A stretch of DNA of 64,000 nucleotides from Geosiphon pyriformis uo1. Its lineage: Eukaryota > Fungi > Glomeromycota. A program made the position numbers and the translations under genes. Below the pieces are notes generated by a model. It saw nothing but the letters and a program-made list of their open reading frames with translations. It ran no database searches and was not told the DNA's origin. Where the stretch lies: contig JAAOMT010000239.1 of the NCBI GenBank assembly GCA_016748015.1, positions 158,356-222,355 on the forward strand, read 5' to 3'. Numbering within the stretch: the first letter of the stretch is position 1; every line of letters starts with the position of its first letter. Below, one piece after another: positions 26,409 to 39,874 of this stretch.

Positions 26409-27145
26409 TCACGCCTTTGGAGTTAGATTGACGTTTCGGATGCTTTAAAAGAAGAGACTTAGTGAGAGCCACGATCACATAATATAAGTATAAATACTCA
26501 ATTACCTGTCTTCAATACTCATAGCCTTGTCGGTACGACTCTAAGATATAAACCATAGTTATATATCTAATTTTTTAAGCATCAAAGAAATACAAAATAA
26601 TCCACCCACATCAATACGAATGCTAGTGCAAACACGAGGCACATTCATCTTGTGAATATGTTCTATGCATTGTTGAATGACGTCCATAACATCATGCCAG
26701 TTTCCTTCTTTTGATTGCAAATGAATGATTGAATTAAATTTATTTCTTTAGATTGTTGCTTTCAATTGCAGTCTTACCGAGATTGGTTCCACTAGCATGA
26801 AGGTTAAATTTTATTCTTTACCGTAGAAAGAAAATTAGTCGAGGGCACCACTAAAAATTAACTGTTAATTTGTAAGTTGTACTTGCCCTTGTTTTTCCTT
26901 TAAGATTTTTTGGACCTCAGCAATGTACTATGTTGAGAACAAAAAGGTTTGTTAATAATAATTGAGGCCAAGTTTTCTCGAAATAAAAATAAGAATAAAT
27001 CAGCTATAAAAAAAAAGTAATCATTCATAAAACGTGGATCTGTGTGGAAGCTAGAGCCCAAAATAAATTTTTTCAATATCACCTCTGAAGTGTTCACTTT
27101 GGTACCAACAGGTACGATTGAAAAGTCAGCGAGGATTGAATTCAT
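26409..27145 (-). CDS. ECM15: UPF0045/MTH1187 (YkoF-like thiamine-binding fold) protein, Ecm15-like
   Basis: Exons 27145-27083, 26927-26887, 26815-26778, 26707-26610, 26540-26506, 26442-26409 give MNSILADFSIVPVGT..YIAEVQKIL..FNLHASGTNLEGNWHDVMDVIQQCIEHIHKMNVPRVCTSIRIDSRTDK, the family pattern. Confidence 0.85.
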
Positions 27146-28889
27146 GTTTAGTACTGGGACTTGATAAAAGGGTAAGAAATTCCAAGTGAAAATATATATA
27201 GGGGATTATAGCAGAGAGACAACTTAAGGAAAGATCAAAGTTAAGGGAACAGGGGTTAAATATGTCTCAAACATTGGAAGAAAATTTCAAAGACTTTTTG
27301 ACACATAAGCTAAGGATGATGTCAAAGGTAATAAATCATGAGCTCAGATGATAGAATAGTGCATATATATATTAAAAATGGCTGTGAATTCAATTTACGA
27401 AATAAATAGAGCGTGATAGAAACAAAGTACACACGTAATAATGCCGTTTCATATTTCACATATGTCTCAAAATTTTAGGTATGATTTTTTTAACCTATTG
27501 AGTAAAATAACATTTTTATAAGTTTTATAAGGGCAAGATCCAAGTTTAGAAGGCACATATTCTATTCACAAAAAATACTTTAATAAAAGATATCGTTAAA
27601 ACTATGTAAAAATTGTCAGTTTTTAAAAAATTTAATGAGGCTTCAAAAAATAGGTTGATAGAAATTTCATGATTACCAAAGAAAAATATTAAAAAATTTA
27701 GGCTATAACATATTTCATTTAATGCATTCTCATCCACAAAACAACTACAAAGAGACTTTCCGTTCCGCTCCGCTCTATTTCAAAGGAAAATTCAGACGAA
27801 AGGGTGAGGTTCAAAAAGCAAAATAAATTCTAATTTTCTAAATTGTTTCTCATTCATGAAAAAATCTAAATTGCATAAAAACTAAAAATAACATACTTTA
27901 ATGTCAATTTCAGTAATGAAAATTTTAATATTTTAAATGCTTAAGAGGATTATAATTTATCTTAGATCGTCAAATCTTTTAAATATGTAAACTTTCATCT
28001 TATTATAATAGGAAATGTAAAAATTTAATGTTTTAAAGTTAGGTTTTGAAGATCAATTTAAATTAAGGAATGCTCTTGAAAATTCGAGGCTGTTTTACCA
28101 CGTTTTGCACAAAATTTTAATGATATTTTGAGTTTCAACCTTAATTTTGCGGTACAGAATTGAAAGAATCTTCTTTTCAAAAAAGAAAAAAAAATTTTTT
28201 AAAGTTAAAATATTTATGATATTACAGATAAAAATATCATCTTTTAATGCAAAAAAAAAGTTTAAACGTAGCATGTGGATATTTCTGTATTAAATTAGAA
28301 GCCATTTAGTTGAATGATTTTTTACTTAAAAATTTTTTTAAAAGGAAAAAAATAGTTGAAACATATAATAGTACTTTTCCAAATATATTTAGCTTTAAAC
28401 ACTCTTACTTATATAATTTTAAGATAGCATGGGAATTTAGTGTATGAAATTTTAGGTAAAATTTTTATTTTATTTAACTTAAATTATTTTTTAAACTGGC
28501 CAAGTTTTTCTAGAGTAAAGACTAATCATAAACGTATATATATATATTAAAAAGAAAATTTCCTTTAAAAAAAAAAAAATTTAGGTTTTTTAAATTTGTG
28601 TCTCAAAGGGACTAACCGCTAGTTCGAAATAATATTAAAATCCCTCTTATATCAATTATTTTATTATCGACCTTAACAGTCAAAGTTAAAATACTTTAGA
28701 TAGATTAGTCCACAGATAGTTACCTTGAAAATTCCCACGCGACTATTATAGCAAATCGGCGTCAGAAAGATTTTACAAATAGCAAACACTACTTACTTTT
28801 TTGCTCCAACTATGAACTTTTTCACAATTCTTTTTGCTTACATTTGCAGAAAAGTTTATACAAAATGCTTTGATTCTACTGTCAAACAA

Positions 28890-28891
<2 letters not shown>

Positions 28892-28936
<45 letters not shown>
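28892..28936 (+). repeat. (TTA)15 microsatellite
   Basis: Direct read. Confidence 0.95.
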
Positions 28937-28937
<1 letters not shown>

Positions 28938-29937
28938 AAGAAATTTTTAATCTAAAATATTCTAAATTTAGTTTTTTTTATTTCTTCTCCACATGTGGAG
29001 CTAGCTGGTAATTTTTACCACTTTTCCAATTTTTCTTACTCAAACTTTAAATAAATCTTTAAGCAAGAAAGTGAACGGAAATTTTTTTTTTTATTATGAT
29101 ATCAGGTTTCTCATAATCTCATCCACAAGAGTAATTTATAAAAAGGATCAATACAGTGATTTTTCAATAATGTTGGGTAAGAACCTCAACATTAAAACTT
29201 CTTTTTTTTAATCAAAAAAATTTTTTTTTTCCTAATTAAGACCTACAAACGCATACCCACTATTACATCTAATGCTATCCATTCAACAAGGAAACTACTT
29301 TTGACTGTTTTTAGTCGTGAGACCCAATTTAATTTGTAAATTTAACTTGAATTATACTTGGTTGAAGTTAACCTGCGGGTTCAATATATTTACTTAATTA
29401 ACGTTTAGAAATTCAAGAGAACCGTCAAACATCATCTTGATCATGATCATCGATCAACATCTATCAAACTAATTTATTTTGTAATCAGCACAAATATCAC
29501 ACTAAACCAAAACTCGCCCATGAGAAAGCAGGATTTTATAAAGTTCTCTAACCTTTCTCTAGGCCCCTCATTTTTTTGACAGCTACCATCTAACCTCTGT
29601 ATATTCTCTCCCACGTAGAGCATAAAACCGGAAAAACTCTTCAAAAATATCTTTTCCTATTAAATAGAACTGAAAACAAATAAACTCGAGATACGCCAAG
29701 CTTGAAAAAGAAACTCAACTTCTGATCAAATCGTGAGAACTATATAAATTCTATGTCACCATAGTGACAAAGATTAAAAATAGCGTCGAAACTTATTCTC
29801 CCAGTTTCATTTTCTCTAAGAACCAAAGTGTTTACACTTAAAAGTTTTATCGATAAAGAGGCGTTGACTACCTAAATTTTTTGAGCCTTAATCTTTTAAA
29901 TCACTTTACCAACTCGAACCTCACAAAATTCAAAGAA

Positions 29938-31303
29938 ATGGTCTTACTAGTGTTAACCGATCGTATTCGTAAAGCCGTCTTTCTCGCTCTGGAATCATCA
30001 GAGTTTGATAGTTCAGCAAAAGAAAGGCTTAGAAATTACTTGAAAAGAAGAACTTGTTTACCACTCGATTTATTGAAAGAGGTTTCCAAGTTTTTGGTCA
30101 GTCGTGATGGAAAACTGGGTAAAGAGATTGGTAAGTAAAAAAATTTGAGATTTTTGAAATTTACAATTAAACCTTTCCCTCGCACTTTTTCCTTCTTCGC
30201 TCCTACTTTCGCTCTCAATTTCCTTGAAAATATTTGCCTATTCTTTTCCCGAATTTCCTTTTCATCACAATACATTATCAACTCAATTTATTCCAAAGAT
30301 GGTTAATCACAAACTGTCAAAGCCTGATGTTTGATTATCATCTACAAATACCCCGTTTAAGGGAATGTTGATTGAATCTCTTTTTTCTTTTGTGCAAATC
30401 GTTAATCATTCCCCTTTTAGCTCTTTCCATTTTCATACACAATTTTTTTTCCCACCCTTTATTGACGAATGATCAAAACACCTCTTAAAAGCTTGTATCT
30501 TATTCTTCATTATTATCTACGTCAGGTTTATCAAACTATTGGCTACATGATTTACTCTGTGGTAGTGGAATTTACGTCGAGCCTAAGGAAGAGAAACCAA
30601 GGGTCTGTATGATGAAAATGATGCTCATAAAGATTCTTATCTTAATAAGACGCTAAACTCTTTTAATTAATTCAATTCGAAAATAGAATCCTGAACTAAT
30701 AGCTCGTCTTGAAGAAATTCTGGCCGAACAAGCAAACAAAGAATACTCACGTATGATAGCCCGTGTTTCATCTTCTTATGATGTAGAGACTTTTAGGCTA
30801 TTGGATACAGAAGAGTTTGCAGCAATGCGAGGTCAACTCACCGCCATAATTAACATTACATTCACGATTGTTGCTGTCTTTGCCGCGGTATATCATGTGG
30901 CCCAATCTGTCACTGGTGATACTGGAATGGTAAGCATATTGATGAACCTTTTACTAAAACTTATGTCATTAACGCGTATTAATTTGCTCATTTAATTAAT
31001 AATTGATAGCGAATACTGCTTGCTGGACTTGGGGGCATTATTGTCGGTGCCGCCGAAACATTTTTGTACATGAGATATCTGAGCGGCTATGGTGAAACTA
31101 AAAGGAAAGAAACGAGCACAAAAAAGATCGAGGCAGTTGAGAAAGAGAAACGTAAACCTCCACATCGACGAGCTACTTCCATTTGTTCCTCAAATGGATC
31201 ACGGGAAAAATCAGATGCAGCAGTTCCAAAAGTTGATAATAATTCCAAGGCATCAGCTCTTACCAGTACGGTGCGACCGATTATACGAACGAATTCACTT
31301 TAA
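29938..31303 (+). CDS. VMA12: V-ATPase assembly factor Vma12/Vph2/TMEM199 homologue
   Basis: Exons 29938-30130, 30526-30602, 30687-30929, 31010-31303. WLHDLLCGSGIYVEP, NPELIARLEEILAEQANKEYSRMI, two TM helices and AETFLY. Confidence 0.85.
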
Positions 31304-32669
31304 TTGTTTAATCGACAAGCTCAACTTCGAACTCCTCTCATATATGAAGTAACACTTGCTTGCTTCGAGGAAGTCAATATTTTTGACCCGCAAAAATTTC
31401 TTGCTTCACTATTACCACTTCTGAATCGAATTTAGCTAATTTCAAAAAAAAAGAACCTTCTTTCATCAATGTGCTTATCTTTTTTTCATGTTCAAAACGC
31501 AATAATAATATCCCAAAACGTTTCAAAATTTACACAACTAATATCAATTTACTCCTCTTGTAAATATACCTGTTTCATTTAAAAATAATTATATTCACTT
31601 ATATAAAGGCTTTTCATCTAATATTTCTTAAATATATACAAAAAATACCGGAATTTGTCCAAAGATTATCGTACACTTTCCAAAATCCGAAATTCCCATC
31701 TTGTACATTTTATCCCCAAAAGTTTCTTTATATTAATCACTCTTTAAAATCTTCGTATCTTCCTTTCTGTTCTGTTCTGTTAAAAAGTATTCTGTATCAA
31801 AAAAGTGTTCGTTTTACCGTTTTAGTATTAAGCTCAATTTTTGAGTGGAATAATTTTCCGTGTTAATTTGTTTCATTTCGTTTCGTTCCATTGTTATTCC
31901 TCTTTACAATCGTTCTAGCGCTATCCTTTTCTGTTCTTTTCGACGTATGATCCTAGACAATAAAGTTTCCTCTCAGTTAATCATGCTTTTTTAACAAATT
32001 CATAATAATTGTTATTATTACGAGTGATGCTAAGGTTAAAATACTGATTGGAATAAACAAAGTATTATTGATCGTCAGCTTTGCCAGGTTAACTCTAACT
32101 TAAGCAGACCTAATGATTACCCAGGTAATTAAATGCAGCCACTATAATATATTAAATTAATTAATTAGAAAAGTTATACCCTATTCACATACAATGTACG
32201 TCTATAAGTGTTGGTCCAGATGTTTGTATTCAAAAATCGGGAGGGTTTTGATTCCAGATAAATTGAAAATTTAGTTTCTCCTAAAAAATACCAGTTTGGC
32301 GTGATCTTTTGTTATTGAATTAAGGTTTTTTTTACAAGAAATTGAAAATCCTTTGGTAACACCATAATATTAGTGATCAGGAACGATAGTTTTTTCGCCA
32401 TATGACCAAAAACAGTATGTCGATAGGTTGGTTATTAACAAAACTTTCTTAATTAAAATGCTTTTTTAGGAAAGAATACAAGAAAAAACACCTGGATCTT
32501 TGTCAACCTTTTTTTCAGCCACAGAATTTTGAATCTTTCCTTTTGGACTCCCAAATTTTTATTTGAAAGATTAAAAAATGGTGTCACCATCTAAAAGATT
32601 AGCGCAGAGAAATAGGTATTCTCACTGTCCCATATATCGATCCGATTTTTGAAATTTCGTTATTCTAAA

Positions 32670-33791
32670 TTAGGGATCAAAAGATTTTCTCAAGGTTTTC
32701 ATATGCTTAGAATTCCTGTTATAAAAGTACTGAGAGCATTGCTTAGGTGTTCTAGAGCCAACAGCTTGGGAAATCTCCTGCCAATTATTTTGCCATTTTT
32801 GGTGAGAACTCCACAGTATCTTGAGTTCGGCTGCACTCCATGGGCCTTTGCGGATCGCCTTTTGGGGCAGACCTGAATTCAATTAAGACAATTTTAAAAA
32901 ATGCTGCCAAGGTTTTCCTCTAAAAACTGCCCCCGATACAAAATTTACCTATATCTGTTGAGGACTTGAAAATATTTCGACATTTTGAACGTCTTCTTGT
33001 AGCCACAGCTCGAGAAAGTATCGCCCAGTTTTCTCCAGCTAGAAAATTTGGCTTCCGAAAAATTTCTTTGACTTTTTTCTTCCAAACACCTTCATTATTT
33101 GGCACACCTGTCGAGTTCAAGTAATAGAAATTATTTTTCTGGATTATCCTCCAAAATATGATTCTATTCCGATCTGCTTTTTTTGTCGTTGAAAGCTTTT
33201 TTTTTTACCTTTTGGCTCGATCGTCCTCGAGATCAAGTCCAAACTCTCGGGAACAAGTTTCTCATGACTTTCACTGGGTAAATCACTCTTCGACATAGTC
33301 GGGAGCTTTCTATCCCACTCTTGTTTTTTGAAAAATGTCGTAGGTTCCTCAATTCTTCCAATCATTTCTTGATTTTGCAAATTTTTTGCTTCCATGTCTA
33401 ATTTTTGTTGAAATTCAAAGGTTGCTGAAAAGTAGTTTTTTCAAATCAAGCAGAAATTATGATTTGAATTTTCACCAATTTCATTTCGTGTTCTCCATTC
33501 GTTTGATGTTTTATCATGGTTTGTTACTATTTGAGATTCCATCGAGGTCCATGAACATTTTGCCGAAATATTTTGATTCTCTGGTTCCGTTTTCGAGTAT
33601 AACTTGGTCTTTTTTTGTTCGGAATTCTTACATTTTTCAGACGGCTGATCTCGGGCAATGGAAACGAACGATGGCATACTCGGTTGAAATCCGAAACCAG
33701 TATTATACCTTTTGCATGAATAACATGATATGCGTCCAATGGGGTTTGTTACCGGCCGGAGTCGTGCCAAAGATTGACAATTTTTTTTCAT
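32670..33791 (-). CDS. Myb/SANT-repeat protein (paralog C) with an apparent frameshift in an A10 run; possible pseudogene
   Basis: N-terminus homologous to paralog A (CYSCKRYNTGFG vs CYQCKIYKTGIG) with the same intron after EIG. Repeats VWKKKVKEIF..GENWAILSRAVATR and GPWSAAELKILWSSHQKWQNNWQEISQAVGSRTPKQC. The frame shifts at 33197-33206. Confidence 0.7.
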
Positions 33792-36700
33792 TTCAATAGT
33801 CTGTAAGCTTAGGTAAAAAGAACAAACATAATTTACGGTCATATAACCTAATCAATAAATATTTATAAATAAGAGGTAGATAGTGTCGATTAATGCCTCA
33901 TTTGATTAGCAATTTGATTTTCTTTACTGAGAAGTATCCATTATTGTTATTACATAAGTCAAAAGAACTTTTGAATTGGAAAATCAAATTTATTATCATC
34001 ATCAGATTTTCCTTTGATTTATAGCAAATAACTCTATCTGTAAATTCATATCGCTATTTCAAGAAGATTTTTAACTATGTCAAACTTTGGTAATGATATT
34101 CAATTTTTCAAATTCAAAATATTAATTCAATAATCAACAAGACAAGCAAATAAATATAAATATTATTCCTAGTCGGGAGAAAATCCTTATTTAATTGACT
34201 TATTTAATTGACTTGGCTAACCAGAGATTTGATAATTTAAAAGACAATGTCAAAGGTTTTATCTTGTGTGACAATCTATAATGTAATTGGTTATACTTTT
34301 TTAAGCTGGAAGATTATACTGCTAATAATAAACTTTGATATGACACATGTATCTCACACCAAAAAGTTTGAAAATAGAATATACAGAAAGACGACACTTG
34401 AAAATATGATATCACTGGCGCATGTAGTATTTTAGATTTTGAATTATTACTTCAAAAATAATGACCCATGCATTAAAAAAATCTTTTTTAAATATATAAA
34501 ATAATGAATTAGATATAATTATTTAAAGTCAATGAACAGTGTCTAAAATAGATTGAAAATTTGATTCTGCAGTTTCAGAATTTTGAACACACTTTATGGG
34601 AAATTTTTAATTCCGAGATTTTACCCTAAATTAGTAAATACAATTTTGAGATTATTGACGATATATTAAATTTTACGCAAATACTCGGCAAAAACAACAA
34701 AATAGAAGCCGTTAAAAAATTTTCAAAGTTGGCCAATTACAAACTTTGTTGTCATAATGAATTTTTTTTTTCTCGGAAGGGATAATAATGTTTCAAATTA
34801 TGAACACTTAATTTTCTTGGCAAAGTGATATCATCATGTTTGCAATGTCCATTTTCCATATTACCTTTTAGTGTTATACGCGTGCACAAAGATGTATGAT
34901 TCTGAAACGTGTTAAAGGCACAATACATGGTTCATTCAAAATGCTGCATGTATGATATGGTGACGTTAACAGAATTTTCCGCACTGTTTTTTTTTTTGGT
35001 TAATATGAAAAATTGAAAGAAAGTATATTAATTAAAATAAAATAGAATAAAATAAAATAAACTAATAAAATAAAAATATATTGGAAAGATTATTTAATAA
35101 TGAAATCACTGAATGCTTTTAGCCGGTTAAAAAGAAATTTTCCTAAAATCTCAATATGTATTTGTAAATAACATAATGCATATAATCATTTCTTAAAATG
35201 TTATGACCATTATTTTCGAATGGATAATATTTTTTGGAAATCTCATTCCAAAAAAATTCACACTCTTTAATCAATAATATTAATTTTGGAAATAGGTAAA
35301 TTTATAATTTTTATTACTTTTAAAGTTTACTATAAGAATAATACACTAATCAAAAATTAATGGAATAAGAATTAAAATTTTTTTTTAACCAACATATTCC
35401 AATTGAAAAAAAAAATTTTAAAAATTTCTTAAAATTAATAGACCAATTTTAAATTCTTGATAGTGAATTCATTAAATTTCTCTGGTTAAATAAAATTTTC
35501 TCAATAGACTGTTTGTATTTTTTATAATGAAGCTCAACTGATATTTTTAATGTTATAAAACTTTAAAGTTTTGTGTAAATCTAGTATAAAAAATTTCAAG
35601 TTCATAAAGAATTTTTTGTTTATATCATAACTGAAAATTGCATTTTTTCAAAAATATCATTTTAAGCTATGGTAGCTCCCTCATTTTTAATAACAAACTG
35701 TAAAGCTGTTGTTAGCAAGTAAACCTCCAAATTCTGCCATGAGTTCTTACAAAAAAGTATCCTATTTTTCCTTATATCGATCATGCAATGACAAATTCTA
35801 ATTCACACACAAAGAGGTCTTGTTCATGGGGAAATGTTCTTAATGGAAAAAATGGCAAAAAGACTGGGAAAATGTTCAAGCGCTAACTATCAGGATAATG
35901 ATGATCTATTTCAACTACCAAATAGGCTAGACCTGATTATGGGGAATCACAAATTGTTATAGCGGTTTGAAAATAATTGATCAAATTATAAAAGCCTTTA
36001 TTAATTTCTTTTAATTTTTGAATTGCTTTCGAAAATATTTTATTCATTTAATATTTAAAACACGATTCATAAATTTTAATGAAAATTAAAGTGAGCATCT
36101 TTTGAGGATTAATAAATATTTTACAGAAAAATAAATCTCATTGTAGTAACAATTCTCAAAAAATTAATTTTCAATGTTGTTAGGTAATACACAAATAGAT
36201 CTTCTTTAACTAGCTAATTAAATTCCAAAAGCCAAAGATTAAATATTTATGTTCTTGATTAAGTGAAAAGTGGCTAAAGTGTTTTTCTTTGGAGAAAAAT
36301 ATTAAATAAAGAATTTGATTATACCCATTGTAAGATCACCAAATCTTCAGCAGACTAACAATTTTTTTGTAGTGAATGAGCCATATGGTGCAAAATCTCA
36401 TCTAGAAGGATGTTAAATGATTAGCATAAATTGTGAATCGAGTATTCTGTAAAAAAAATTGAAATCGGAGAGTTTTTGCCAAGCAGAAAACTTAATATAA
36501 ACATACAGAAGATAAGGATCATATCAAGGGCTCAATTGAGAAGGATCCAACATACTTTTCACAAAAGATTCTCATTAAAGTTGGTTCAATGAGATCACAC
36601 ATAAAATCAAAGGTGAGGGCAATTTTACGTCATTATTATATTTCTGATACCATAGGAAGAATATCTGCCGATGCTCAATCTCAATTTGAAAACATTAATA

Positions 36701-39700
36701 ATTATATAATTCACTAAAAACTACTATGCACCCTGAATTATTGTCTAACAAACATTTTCAATATGAATGAATTCATGTGATTAAACAAAAAAGTTGGCAA
36801 ATCAACCATGAATTAAAAGTTTTCAGATTTCAGCATTTTAATTGGAGAAATCTACTAAATGAGTGAAACTGTTTCTCTTCTCGAACTCGGTAGGAAAAAA
36901 AAAGACAAACGATGTAAAAAGGAAAATTGACCTAATTAAGGAGTATTTCCGCAAAATTATTAGCACTTCAAAAGCAATAATTAATAATATATGTTTGTTT
37001 ACATTCTGTTTTACACAGATATTAAATTAATACAGAACTTGTGGCTAATCCAGCAATAGCTTCTGTTTTTGATAAAAAAAAAAGGGGTATTATGTTACAA
37101 ATAAAGAAAATTAATAGACTTTCAATTCATTAATACTAAAAAGAAATAAACTAAACATGAATGCAAGTAATAAGGTAACCTCTAATTTGAGTTTTTATTT
37201 AAGTTCATATGGATTATTGGTGATGACTCGAATTAAAGTTTTTTTGCCATTCTGAGATTAAGTAGCATGCGAAATTTTTAAGTTTGCCGCGAGCAATACT
37301 TTTATCTATTTTTTCCAATACGAGAGCTAAATTATAAATTAAAAACATTTGTTTAGATAAATTATTAAGGTAATTTTTAAATGTTTTTTTTTGATATAAA
37401 TTTTGGTGGTATATTAATATAGCTTAAGAAAGTAAACCTATGATTTATAAATTTAGCTATTTTTTCCAAAGTCAAGAATTTAAAATTATTTCTAGAATGC
37501 TAAAATTTATTTATTTTTTTGACATAGTTTTTTAATTTCTCATATTTAATATGTATTATTAGTCAAAAAATATTAATTTATTGATCTTCCAATCCCTGTT
37601 ATTTATCATTTTTAGAAATAAATAAAATTAAAGATTTGATGAAAACTCAATTATTCTTTTGGTATTACATTACCGTTTGATGTTTCAGCTAAATCTTTTT
37701 AAATAGTAGAAAAATTTTGTTTTATTTTTATCTCAGGAAAAAAAAATGAAGTAAATACAGTATTTTCTGTTTTTTTTTTTTGAACTTGGTAATTTAATTT
37801 GCATAAATCATTTAATTAAATTAGGTTAATTAAATTAGCTTAATTAAATTTTAACAAAATTTATTTAATTTGGTTTAAAATATATAAATGATTATTAATT
37901 AAGGTGTTTGAATAAATTAATTTAAATATAATTCAAATAAAATAAAAATTGTCTATAATTTTTTATTTAAACTTTCTTATTAAAAATATAAATTTTTAAA
38001 AATTTTAAAGAAATGTTGGAAAAAATAATTTTAAATTTTAAATTCAATTAAATAGACAAAGTATTTGCAAATTTTATTTCAAAAAGGCGTTGTATTAAAA
38101 ATTTATAAAAAATTTTAATTTCTTTAATAATTATTTTAATTTTATATGAATATAACTTTAATTATTAGGTTTTTTTTTAAAAAATATTTCTAACTAATTT
38201 TTTTATTTTCTCCTTTAAATATATAACCAGAATTTAAAATATTTTGATGAAAGTAACAAGTTTACTATTTTTCTTAATATTAATTATTTTAAATAAAACA
38301 TTTTTTTAAATGTTGTTAAATTGATTTTTTATTATTAAAACATTATATTTTTCATGTATTTTCTAACACATTCTTTTAATAATCAAAATAAAATCAGAGT
38401 TTATATTGGCTAAATTTAAATAATTTTTTCATTTTCTAAAATAAGTTATTTGAAAAATTTATGCACATAATTCATATCTGTAAAAAAAAAATTGATTTTT
38501 TTGGTATAGGCATAAAGCAATAAAATAAAGTTTTTTTTTTAGATGAAAATTTTTATCTATTAAAAAATAAGATTCACTTTTAATATAATTACAAGTCAAA
38601 ATTGAACAAGATTAAATGCTAAAATTAATTTTTGAATCACATTTTTTTAGCTAAATTTTCGATCTTTTACAATACAAATTTTAAAATAAATTAAAATCTA
38701 AATTTTGTTTTAGATAATTAAAAATATTTTTATATTTATTGTTAAAAAAATATTAATACTAACTTTAATTCAATAATTTTATTTATTCTTTTTCATCACA
38801 TAAATAAAAATTTTTATTTAATAATCTGAAATATTAAAATTACAATTACTTTTTTATTAATTAAAACTTTTTTGATTATAAAAAATACAAATATATATCC
38901 TTTAAGTGTTTTTTTTTTGGATACAAAATTTTCTATTGTTATATAAAAAAGATGTAATAATAAAATATTAAATTGTAAAGCAATTAATTTTTTGAGAAAT
39001 TAATTTTTAAAAGATTATAATATTCAACGTTTATTAATAAACCTTAACTGCTTTTTAAACCAATTCAATCGCTAAATATTTGTTTAAACAATTGTTCTTT
39101 TAAAAAAAAAACTTTTATGTAAATTAAAATATATCTAAAAATATTGACTCTTAGATTCATATTTAATGGTAGGAATAAAACGATTTAAAAATTTAAAATT
39201 TTCCTAGAACCTTACAGTCGGTCTTTTATTTGAAGAATCAAAAAAAAAGAAGTTTAACTAATAAAAACAGATAGATTAAAAAAAATTCTTTTAAGATATA
39301 AGTTTGGAGTAAATAGAATTGAAATTTTGTATTTCATATATTGAATTTATTTTTGAGTCTTTTACAAACTAGTTTCCTGATGGAAAAAAATATGCATTTG
39401 GCATTATGTCAAGTTATGAGTCTTATTTTTAGAAGTATTATATTAAATTGTCTTAAATACAACAACAATTGCAAAATTAAATTTTTGTTGTAATTAATTA
39501 GTAACTAACTTCTTCCTAATATATATACATGTACATGTAATTATCGCCACTAATCATAATACTGAGAAAATGCACAAAAATGGCTGAAATTTTTTCTCAG
39601 AATGAACGTTTCCTACAAAGAATTTGATCTTTAATTGGTGAAACAAAAGTTGATTTATTTAGGAAAAAGTTGTGTTTATTTTATACTGGCATTTTTGTGT

Positions 39701-39874
39701 TCCAGCTACTTGAAATTTATTCATAGTTACACCTAATTTAAAGAGTAAATAATTTAATTTAGTGTGTTCACATTGAGAAACAGCATAAATACGAACTCCC
39801 TTTTTAAAATATTTCTTTCTAACATAATATCCATAAAATTCCTCTTTTTCATAATCTCAATTTCAAGGTTTTCC

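Noticed and set aside
35600-36900. Higher-complexity non-ORF region suggestive of an old gene or TE relic
   Set aside because: No recognisable transposase, RT or protein motifs, and no TIRs or LTRs found.
37812-37852. Three tandem copies of a 14-bp unit TTAATTAAATTAG(G/C)
   Set aside because: A short local duplication in very AT-rich DNA with no evidence of function.
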